A stretch of 64,000 nt of DNA from Macrostomum lignano. Lineage: Eukaryota. A program made the position numbers and the translations under genes. Position 1 is the stretch's first letter. Each line of letters opens with the position of its first letter. Below the pieces are notes generated by a model. That model did no database searches and had not been told where the DNA came from. It was given only the letters and a program-made list of their open reading frames with translations. Below are positions 11,606-23,500 of the stretch, piece by piece. Location of the stretch: positions 62,001 through 126,000 of the forward strand of contig NIVC01001147.1 of NCBI GenBank assembly GCA_002269645.1, in the 5' to 3' direction.

Positions 11606-14526
11606 ATGAACGAATGCGCAGACTGCAATCGTGGCGGTCAGCCTGGCCGTCTATCGGACTGTCTGCATTGTTCGCGCCGGCTCTGCCCCACCTGTTTAGC
11701 TGGGCACGGGCGAGAGCTGCGGAAACAGGTGCGTCATTTTTACCTGTTTTAACTCGAATTTTGGCTTCTAATATGCATTGTATGAAGTGATACTACTATA
11801 ATCCCATTATTTTGTGTATCTTAAATCATGCACCAAAATGTATTTTTCTTTTATCCTCAAATGTACTTTTTCAGCATCTTTAAAATCTACGAGTAATTTT
11901 CCCCGACCTTCAGATGTGCTATTCTGTATTCTCCGTAAACGCTTTAGCGTTTTTACTGCGTTTTTTTATTGTGCTGCTTTACAGTAGGGGTTTTAGCCCA
12001 GTGGTTAGAGCGGCGGACTCACTACTGAAAGGTCGGGGGTTCGATTCTCGACCCACTCAGAGACACTTTAACTCTCTGCATTGCTTCATTCCACCCAGCT
12101 GTAAAATGGGTGCGAGCATTAGCTGGGGTAATTGAGGTGCGTTTGGCGACCCCCCCCCCCCCCCAGTCCTTGGACTGAACAGCCGTTACGCAGCCTTCAG
12201 ATGCGCCGCGCAATGGCTGCGGCTGAGCTGTCGGTTGCACATCTGCGTTCCTGCGTTTGTTTTTTTTATTTTGGCTTTTGGCTAGCACTGGGAAAGTTGA
12301 AGCCTTTGTCGTCTAACTCCGCGCTTCCCTCGCCTCGCCATCGCAGGCGCTCGACCTCCATGCCGCCGCTGTCGGCCGCCTCGCCGAACTCGCCAACGGA
12401 GAAGCTCGAAATCGCGAACGCGCCGCCGCTGTTGCTTTTTTCGACGAAGCGGCCGCCGCCTTGGAGGACCGTCGGCAGCGCGTGCTTGACCGCCTGGCCG
12501 GCCATGGCGAACTCGACGACCTGCTGGACGAGTGCGGCCGGGCTCTGCGCGCCGTCGACACCGACGACACTGCCGATTCCGACGGCGGCAGAACCAACGG
12601 TGCGGACAAGACGGAGGCGGTGGAAGAGGAGGAGGACATGGAGGAGCTGGTCAGGCTGGTCCGCCTGCTGACGCCCCTGTCCGGTCGGCTGGCCGGGCCC
12701 GAAGGTCCCGTCTGCTGTCTGGAGGAGGCCCAATCTCGACTCTACGACCTCATTGACGCTGTCGACTACGCTATTGAAGCGGCCGACGCTGACGGATTCG
12801 GCAGTCTCGGCCTCGACTTCGAGGCCGACGTGAACTCCGCCGAAGCCGTCGGAACGACGACCCCGTCGTCAGCGACGCCGTCGCCAATGCTGCCTACTTC
12901 TGGCGGTGTCGGCGTCGGTGGCTCCTCGCTAGTCGACGATTTTGATCAACAATTCAGAGACGCCGATCCCGCAGCCGTCGCGTCGGCTCCGCACCGAGAC
13001 GAGCTGGAGTTCTGGGAGACGGATGCCGTCGCTATGGAATCGAGGCTGCGTCCGCGTAAAAAGAAGCGCCGCGGCAAAGTGGAAACTGACTCCAGCTGTC
13101 AGACGTTCAAAGCCGAGGGCCGGCCGGTGTCGCTGACGCATCTCTTAGGAAAATTCTACGCCGTGGAGACCCAGCCAGTGAAATGCGTTCGCGTGTACAA
13201 CCAGGGCGGCAATTTCTTGAACCAGTTGCAGTTTAAAGGCGAACCGGCCGAGACTGGGCCAAAGATTGATCCTTACCGGCTGGTGGCCTGCGCGGTGCGA
13301 GAGTGGCTTCTGTTAGTTGACAACCGTAACGGCTGCCTGCTGACCGTGTGGCCCAGCGGCTATGCGGAGCGCCGCATCGGCCCGGCCGTGTCGGCCAAAT
13401 ATTCGCTTAGCAGGTTTGTCTGCGCCGACTGTTGTTAGATCTGGCGCCTGTTGTTAGATCTGGCGCCTGTTGTTAGATCTGGCGCCTGTTGTTAGATCTA
13501 GCGCCTGTTGTTAGCTCTGGTGCCTGTTGTTAGATATCTGGCACCTGTTGTTAGATATCTGGCGCCTGTTGTTAGATCTGGTGCCTGTTTTTAGATCTAG
13601 CGCCTGTTTTTAAATCGGGTGCCTGTTGTTAGATCTGGTGCCTGTTTTTAGATCTAGCGCCTGTTTTTAAATCGGGTGCCTGTTGTTAGATCTGGCGCCT
13701 GTTGTTAGATCTGGCGCCTGTTTTTAAATCGGGTGCCTGTTGTTAGATCTGGCCCCTGTTGTTAGATCTGGCCCCTGTTGTTAGATCTGGCGCCTGTTAG
13801 TAGAACTTAGCTGCAGTCAGTAGATCTGGCAGCTGTAGTCAGTAGATCCGGCAGCTGTAGTCAGTAGATCTGGCAGCTGTAGTCAGTAGATCTGGCAGCT
13901 GTAGTCAGTAGATCTGGCAGCTGTAGTCAGTAGCTCGCCGCTTCCCGCAGACCAGAAGACGCGGCCACAGACGGCGAGCTGATCTTTGTCTGCTGTCCCC
14001 GTATCGGCGTGTTCATCTTCTCCTGCTCGGACGACTCTGTCCGGGCCACCCTGCCCCAGACTGACCCGGGCTGTCCGGTTCGACTCACCTGGTGTCCGGG
14101 CCCTCGCATCCTAGTTGCCACCCTGCGCTGCAAATCGAATAGATACGAATTTTTAGTACTGGAGGTGACCAATCCGGGTGGCAAGAATCCAGTCCTGTTG
14201 CCCTTGGCATCGGAGTCCTCGGCAAAATCCGACAACAGCTCGTCTGTTAGCCTGGTGTCGGCTGCCCAACCGGCTCTGGTTGCCATTGGCGACCGGTTGG
14301 TTTGCACGAAATCGGCCGAGAACGACTCGTCTGCTGGCTGTCTGATGTCGCTCGATTTGTCCGCCGCCGGCACAGCTGCCGCCGCTACCGCCGACGCGGC
14401 CGTCTGTCTGTTCAAGACTCAGTCTGGCCTGCTGGCCGACCTGTGCGAAGTTACCGACAGTCTGGCTGCCGCCTGCGACCCGCGGCGCAATGTTATCCTG
14501 CTGTTTGACTTGGAGAAGCTGCGGCT
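11606..14526 (+). CDS. RdRP gene exons 1-3: B-box-like zinc finger, coiled coil, acidic linker with basic NLS-like motif, NHL-like beta-propeller
   Basis: Exon 1: MNECADCNRGGQPGRLSDCLHCSRRLCPTCLAGH. Exon 2 has heptad-like helices (RERAAAVAFFDEAAAALEDRRQRVLDRL) and RPRKKKRRGK. NHL-like blades: IDPYRLVACAVREWLLLVDNRNGCL, LSRPEDAATDGELIFVCC, LAAACDPRRNVILLFD. Confidence 0.7.
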
Positions 14527-17500
14527 GTGACTGGCTCTGTTGTGAGGGTGTTGATCTCCCGGATATCACGTGGATTTGGAACCTTAGACAATCTCCCGGA
14601 TATCCCATGGATTTGGAACCATAGACAATCTCCCGGATATCACATGGATTTGGAACCATAGACAATCTCCCGGATATCACATGGATTTGGAACCATAGAC
14701 AATCTCCTGGATATCACATGGATTTGGAACCATAGACAATCTCCCGGATATCACTTGGATTTGGAACCATAGACAATCTCCCGGATATCACATGGATTTG
14801 GAACCATAGACAATCTCCCGGATGTCACATGGATTTGGAACCATAGACAATCTCCCGGATATCACATGGATTTGGAACCATAGACAATCTCCCGGATATC
14901 CCATGGATTTGAACCTTAGACAATCTCCCGGATATCACATGGATTTGGAACCATAGACAATCTCCCGGATATCACATGGATTTGGAACCATAGACAATCT
15001 CTCTCGGATGTCACATGGATTCCGAACCATAGACAATCTCCCGGATATCACATGGATTTGGAACCATAGACAATCTCCCGGATATCACATGGATTTGGAA
15101 CCATAGACAATCTCCCGGATATCCCATGGATTTGGAACCATAGACAATCTCCCGGAATCCCATGGATTTGGAACCATAGACAATCTCCCGGATATCCCAT
15201 GGATTTGGAACCATAGACAATCTCCCGGAATCCCATGGATTTGGAACCATAGACAATCTCCCGGATATCCCATGGATTTGGAACCATAGACAATCTCCCG
15301 GATATCACATGGATTTGGAACCATAGACAATCTCCCGGATATCCCATGGATTAGGAACCATAGACAATCTCCCGGATATCACATGGATTTGGAACCATAG
15401 ACAATCTCCCAGATATCCCATGGATTTGGAACCATAGACAATCTCCCGGATATCCCATGGATTTGGAACCATAGACAATCTCCCGGATATCACATGGATT
15501 TGAACCTTAGACAATCTCCCGGATATCCCATGGATTTGGAACCATAGACAATCTCCCGGATATCCCATGGATTTGGAACCTTAGACAATATCCCAGATAT
15601 CACATGGATTTGAACCTTAGACAATCTCCCGGATATCACATGGATTTGGAACTATAGACAATCTCCCGGATATCCCATGGATTCCGAACCATAGACAATC
15701 TCCCGGATATCACATGGATTTGGAACCATAGACAATCTCCCGGATATCCCATGGATTTGGAACCATAGACAATCTCCCGGATATCACATGGATTTGAACC
15801 TTAGACAATCTCCCGGATATCTCATGGATTTGGAACCATAGACAATCTCCCGGATATCACATGGATTTGGAACCATAGACAATCTCCCGGATATCACATG
15901 GATTTGGAACCATATACAATCTCTCTCGTATGTCACATGGATTTGGAACCATAGACAATCTCCCGGATATCACATGGATTTGGAACCATAGACAATCTCC
16001 CGGATATCACATGGATTTGGAACCATAGACAATCTCCCGGATGTCACATGGATTTGGAACCATAGACAATCTCCCGGATATCACATGGATTTGGAACCAT
16101 AGACAATCTCCCGGATATCCCATGGATAAAATCTCCTAAATATTCCTTGGATAAATCTCCCATATATTATTTGGATTTGCTGCTGAAAATCCGATTACAA
16201 AAATTCAGACTCCCAGAGCCTAATTCTCGTACCGTTTAACAACTGACACAATTTTTAATTTTGAAAATATTTTCTTAATGCAGATTAAAGAATCCCATTT
16301 TGCTTTCACTTCTAGTCTGGTGTCGAAGTTTTCCTCTCTCTGATCAAATTTTTTTGCTGGCTGTAGACAACATTCTAACCATTCTCGATCGTACAGTCCG
16401 CAATCTCCCACAATCTGGCCACATCATAATTTGTTTTAATGTTTTTCCTAAATATTTCGCGCCTTTTTTAAAAATTAACAGAGAATTTGGCCCTGTGTTT
16501 CGCCTTGTTGATGGAATTTCGAATTTTTAATGATTTCTTTTCCTTTTTCCTTACTGTTAGTAGCACAGTAAGGACTTTTGGACTTTTAAAAACAACTGTT
16601 TTCTTATTTAAAACCGTCAATTAGAAAACAGATATAGTCATTCCGGTCTTTGTACTTTTTCGATCTTTCTGCTATGTAATTTCTTTCGTCTTGTCAGAAA
16701 ATAATGTTTATAATCTCTTCTTTTTGATATTATTATTTATTATCAATTTTTGTTAATTTTTGATGAATTTTCTAATACAAATTTAATAATCTGACCCAGG
16801 TTATGACAAAAGTAACCCCGTTATTGAGCTATTGATTAATTGAACTCTTAAACTGCTGAACATACTACTATCGCATGAGTAGTTTCGGTTTCGTGAAATC
16901 ATAAAATAAGCTATTTTTTACAATTTATACTTAAGGTTGCCTTCCAGTTGTTAACTGTTTATTTTCTTTGATGAGAATTTTATTCACTGTTGATACATTG
17001 GATATTGCGGTCTAACAATCTTTAAAGTTTATTATACTCTTTTTGGTTTCTGAGTTTAACTTTTGTTTTTTTAAATAATTTTTCTCTAATCTCGTTTTAT
17101 CGGATTTGCAACTCGAATGCATGCTGAAACGTTGTGTAATGTTCGCCTCTATACTCATAATTATGCAGGTGTTGTTAATCTCACGGTCTGTGCATTTTTC
17201 TGCAAATAAGCCCCCTCCCTACCTCACAGCCCCATCCCACTGCCCCTACATCCCCATCCTCTCTCCCCCACATCACCATCCCACTCCCCCACAGCCCCAT
17301 CCCACTCCCCCACAGCCCCATCCCACTCCCCCACAGCCCCATCCCACTCCCCCACAGCCCCATCCCACTCCCCCACAGCCCCATCCCACTCCCTCACAGC
17401 CCCATCCCACTCCCCTACAGCCCCATCCCACTCCCCTACAGCCCCATCCCACTCCCTCACAGCCCCATCCCACTCCCCTACAGCCCCATCCCACTCCCCT

Positions 17501-20500
17501 ACAGCCCCATCCCACTCCCTCACAGCCCCATCCCACTCCCCTACAGCCCCATCCCACTCCCTCACAGCCCCATCCCACTCCCCCACAGCCCCATCCTACT
17601 CCCTCACAGCCCCATCCCACTCCCCTACAGCCCCATCCCACTCCCCCACAGCCCCATCCCACTCCCCCACAGCCCCATCCCACTCCCCTACAGCCCCATC
17701 CCACTCCCCCACAGCCCCATCCCACTCCCCTACAGCCCCATCCCACTCCCCTACAGCCCCATCCCACTCCCCCACAGCCCCATCCCACTCCCCTACAGCT
17801 CCATCCCACTCCCCCACAGCCCCATCCCACTCCCCTACAGCCCCATCCCACTCCCTCACAGCCCCATCCCACTCCCCCACAGCCCCATCCTACTCCCTCA
17901 CAGCCCCATCCCACTCCCCTACAGCCCATCCCACTCCCCCACAGCCCCATCCTACTCCCTCACAGCCCCATCCCACTCCCCTACAGCCCCATCCCACTCC
18001 CCCACAGCCCCATCCCACTCCCCTACAGCCCCATCCCACTCCCCCACAGCCCCATCCCACTCCCCTACAGCCCCATCCCACTCCCCACAGCCCCATCCCG
18101 CTCCCCTACAGCCCCATCCCACTCCCTCACAGCCCCATCCCACTCCCCACAGCCCCATCCCACTCCCCTACAGCCCCATCCCACTCCCCCACAGCCCCAT
18201 CCCACTCCCCTACAGCCCCATCCCACTCCCCTACAGCCCCATCCCACTCCCTCACAGCCCCATCCCACTCCCCCACAGCCCCATCCTACTCCCTCACAGC
18301 CCCATCCCACTCCCCTACAGCCCCATCCCACTCCTTCACAGCCCCATCCCACTCCCCCACAGCCCCATCCCACTCCCCCACAGCCCCATCCCACTCCCCT
18401 ACAGCCCCATCCCACTCCCCCACAGCCCCATCCCACTCCCCTACAGCCCCATCCCACTCCCTCACAGCCCCATCCCACTCCCCCACAGCCCCATCCTACT
18501 CCCTCACAGCCCCATCCCACTCCCCTACAGCCCATCCCACTCCCCACAGCCCCATCCCACTCCCCTACAGCCCCATCCCACTCCCCCACAGCCCCATCCC
18601 ACTCCCCTACAGCCCCATCCCACTCCCCCACAGCCCCATCCCACTCCCCTACAGCCCCATCCCACTCCCCCACAGCCCCATCCCACTCCCCTACAGCCCC
18701 ATCCCACTCCCCTACAGCCCCATCCCACTCCCTCACAGCCCCATCCCACTCCCCCACAGCCCCATCCTACTCCCTCACAGCCCCATCCCACTCCCCTACA
18801 GCCCATCCCACTCCCCCACAGCCCATCCCACTCCCCTACAGCCCCATCCCACTCCCCACAGCCCCATCCCACTCCCCCACAGCCCCATCCCACTCCCCAC
18901 AGCCCCATCCCACTCCCCCACAGCCCCATCCCACTCCCCTACAGCCCATCCCACTCCCCTACAGCCCCATCCCACTCCCCACAGCCCCATCCCACTCCCC
19001 CACAGCCCCATCCCACTCCTCACAGCCCCACCTCACTGCCCACAGCCCCATCCCAACCCCATAACCCCACCTCACTGCCCACAGCCCCATCCCAACCCCC
19101 CACAGCCCCACCTCACTGCCCACAGTCCCACCTCACTGCCCACAGCCCCATCCCAACCCCCCACAGCCCCACCTCACTGCCCACAGCCCCACCTCACTGC
19201 CCACAGCCCCATCCCAACCCCCACAGCCCCACCTCACTGCCCACAGTCCCACCTCACTGCCCACAGCCCCATCCCAACCCCCACAGCCCCACCTCACTGC
19301 CCACAGCCCCACCTCACTGCCCACAGTCCCACCTCACTCCCCTACAGCCCCATCCCACTCCCCTACAGCCCCATCCCACTCCTTCACAGCCCCATCCCAC
19401 TCCCCCACAGCCCCATCCTACTCCCTCACAGCCCCATCCCACTCCCCTACAGCCCATCCCACTCCCCACAGCCCCATCCCACTCCCCTACAGCCCCATCC
19501 CACTCCCCCACAGCCCCATCCCACTCCCCTACAGCCCATCCCACTCCCCTACAGCCCCATCCCACTCCCCCACAGCCCCATCCCACTCCCCCACAGCCCC
19601 ATCCCACTCCTCACAGCCCCACCTCACTGCCCACAGCCCCATCCCAACCCCCATAACCCCACCTCACTGCCCACAGCCCCATCCCAACCCCCACAGCCCC
19701 ACCTCACTGCCCACAGTCCCACCTCACTGCCCACAGCCCCATCCCAACCCCCATAACCCCACCTCACTGCCCACAGCCCCATCCCAACCCCCCACAGCCC
19801 CACCTCACTGCCCACAGTCCCACCTCACTGCCCACAGCCCCATCCCAACCCCCCACAGGCCCACCTCACTGCCCACAGTCCCACCTCACTGCCCACAGCC
19901 CCATCCCAACCCCCCACAGCCCCACCTCACTGCCCACAGTCCCACCTCACTGCCCACAGCCCCATCCCAACCCCCCACAGTCCCACCTCACTGCCCACAG
20001 CCCCACCTCACTGCCCACAGCCCCATCCCAACCCCCCACAGTCCCACCTCACTGCCCACAGCCCATCCTACCCCATCAGAGTTAGTTAGCCACAGAGGAA
20101 TCTCACATCACCCGCCCTGTCAGTGTATACACCTCTGCCTCCCATCTCATCGATTTTTCAAGGTAATTGTTTTGCTTGCAAATTTCATTTTTTAATAAAA
20201 AAATTTCGAAAGCATTCCATTAGCAGCAGTCACGGTGGGCTAGTATAGTGTGTCTCAATAGTTGTATTATTTACAAAGCAGCTATATACTTAATACCAGG
20301 CATTGTTATTACATTCCATACTCTGAGCTCTGACTAGAACATTTTTTATCTCAATTTTTTAGTAACGCACTTGCCCTAATGGCTGATTTTTTCCGGCCTG
20401 TTATAAAAATATTCGCCGCACTTCCAGATATTGTTGCTAACTTTTATTTGTTTTATTTACGCTGGTACTCTTGTCTTTAGGTGTTGGACTTCGTTTTTTG

Positions 20501-23500
20501 TTTGTTTTTGTTTCAATTTCAAATTGTTTAAACATTGATATTCTATTTAGAGAGTGGAAATATATACTGAGCAATAATGTCTAACACAATCGCAACAGAT
20601 AAATTATTCATTTTTAATGATTAATTAAAACCATTGTAGTCTAACCTGTTACTTATTTATCTGCTTCTTTATCAGTGTCATCTAAGCTGCTAAACTAAAC
20701 ATTATTGGGCTTTTGCTTATAATTGTTTAGTCAACAGCCCTACATCCCTACAGCTCTGCATCCGTTACCTTACGTGTCTGCATCCTTACAAACCTACATC
20801 CCTGCATCTACACGACCCTACAATTTCTACTGCCCTACATGCATAAAATCCTACATCCCCACATCACTACATCCCTACATCCCTACATCCATAAACCCTG
20901 CATCCCTACATCCATAAAACCCAACATCCCTACATCCATAAAACCCTACATCCCTACATCCATAAACCCTACATCCCTACATCCATAAAAACATCCCTAC
21001 ATCCCTACATCCATAAACCCTACATCCCTACATCCATAAAACCCTACATCCCTACATCCATAAAACCCTACATCCCTACATCCATAAAACCCTACATGGT
21101 ACATCCATACATCCATAAAACCCTGCATCCCTACATCCATAAAACCCTTCATCCCTACATCCATAAAACCCTACATCCCTGCATCCATAAAACCCTGCAT
21201 CCCTACATCTATAAAACCCTGCATTCCTACATCTATAAAACCCTACATCCCTGCATCCATAAAACCCTGCATCCCTACATCTATAAAACCCTGCATCCCT
21301 ACATCCATAAAACCCTTCATCCCTACATCCATAAAACCCTACATCCCTGCATCCATAAAACCCTGCATCCCTACATCTATAAAACCCTGCATCCCTACAT
21401 CCATAAAACCCTTCATCCCTACATCCATAAAACCCTACATCCCTGCATCCATAAAACCCTGCATCCCTACATCTATAAAACCCTGCATTCCTACATCCAT
21501 AAAACCCTACATCCCTACATCCATAAAACTCTGCATCCCTACATCCATAAAACCCTACATCCCTACATCCATAAAACTCTACATCCCTACATCCATAAAA
21601 CCCTGCATCCCTACATCTATAAAACCCTGCATTCCTACATCCATAAAACCCTACATCCCCACATCTTGCAGCTCCCACATGCGCCTGATTCTCTGCGGTC
21701 GCAGCCTTGAAGAGCTTCAGGACCGTCTGCTGGCCGCGTGTCGCCACTCCGACGCTCTGCGCAGATGTCGCCGGCGAACGATTCGACGAACTCGATGCGA
21801 AAATTTCGATTCGTCTCTGGCCGAAATTCGGCGCCAAGAGGAGTCGATGGCGCCAGATTTTGCCAGCGCCAATTCGGCGCTAGACTTGCTGCTCGAGCAT
21901 GGCCGAACGGACGTCGACATTGTCGGCGGACAGCTGGGCGAGAGCGTCGCCCTCTACCGCAGCTCCCTTGTCGTGCTAATTCGCCGTCCAGTTGTTGACT
22001 TCAACGCCGCTGTTGACGAGGAATATGTGAAAGAATTCGTTGAACTGTGCGACCACCTGTTGGTGCCACTCATGGGGCTGGTTGTTGACGCTTCCACTGA
22101 GGATGGCCTGGCTGCTGCGGTGAAGTGAGTGCAGCTCTGCGTGAAGTACTAACCACAGCCGGCTTTGCTTAACTTTCTATCTGTAACAAACTAGGCTGTA
22201 GAGAGCCTCTGAAGCATTAAAAACGTGAATGACGATAAGTGAGGATTTGGGAATCGTGAATGATGAGACGTGAGGATCAAGTAATCGTGAATGGTGATAC
22301 ATGATTTGGGAATCGTGAATGATGAGACGTGAGGATCAGGTAATCGTGAATGGTGATACATGATTTGGGAATCGTGAATGATGAGACGTGAGGATCAGGT
22401 AATCGTGAATGGTGATACATGATTTGGGAATCGTGAATGATGAGACGTGAGGATCAGGTAATCGTGAATGGTGATACATGATTTGGGAATCGTGAATGAT
22501 GAGACGTGAGGATCAGGTAATCGTGAATGGTGATACATGATTTGGGAATCGTGAATGATGAGACGTGAGGATCAGGTAATCGTGAATGGTGATACATGAT
22601 TTGGGAATCGTGAATGATGAGATGTGAGAATCAGGGAATCGTGAGTAATGAGACGCAAAGATTAGGAAATCGCAATAGATAAGAAATGAGAAAAAAATAA
22701 TGGGAAGTACCTGTGGAATGTGAGTAATCAGAGCGAAAGAAGAGAGTAAAATTAAAAGTACATAACTGGCCGAAAATTACTACTGTCCATCAGACAGGGC
22801 TGTCAATCAAACTATTCAATTTACCCCCATCCCCTTCATCCGCCAAAGATCCCTGAACAGCGCAATCGAAGGCGAGTTTCCCCTAGCAACGGCCTCGCTG
22901 AAGCACTACGCCGAGCTGGGCGCCAAAAAGAAGAAGCCAGCTGTCAAGCAGTCGATTCTGCATCATCTGGCCTTCTACGTGGATCCGCCTCCGTCAGCTC
23001 AGGACTGCGGCAACAAAGTACCGTTGTCGCTTCTCCACAATCAGTCGAGCAGTCGGCGACAGCGCGGGCACCGAATCCGGGTGCTGACTGTGTCGGAGCA
23101 CTTCGCCAAACAGTCCTGGGAGTTGGTAGAGAACCGATTGATAGATGTTGAAGGTCCCGATCGGCTTCTGTTGTTGCAGTTCGAACAGCGGGTGCCCAGC
23201 TCGACTGTGGAGCATTTTCTACTAGAGGGAAACTCGCTGCTAGTTGCTGGGCAGCAATTCTCATATCTGGGCTGCAGCTCTGGCGGATTGAAGCAGCGCA
23301 AGTGCTACCTGTGGCAGGGCGGCGCCTCCGATGCGGAGGCTGTGTTGGCCTCGCACGGGGAGTTTCAGGTGAGATTTTTGCCCATTTTAAGTAAATCCCT
23401 TTCTAGTGAGTTTCTCTTGTATTCGTTGATGAGTCACTGTCTAGCTTACGGAATGAGTCACTGTCTAGCTTACGGAATGAGTCACTGCCTAGCTTACGGA

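Noticed and set aside
11987-12060. Possible tRNA gene
   Set aside because: A and B boxes are present, but there is no proper acceptor stem or terminator, and it continues into a CORE-like body, so it is a SINE head.
14555-16127. CRISPR-like regular 37-bp repeats (also the 32-bp array at 37132-37718)
   Set aside because: Units are directly adjacent with no unique spacers, there are no cas genes, and the context is eukaryotic.
17106-19064. 652-aa Pro/His-rich ORF resembling an extensin or mucin
   Set aside because: It is a translation of a 21-bp intronic minisatellite inside RdRP intron 3; similar repeat ORFs appear in several frames and on both strands.
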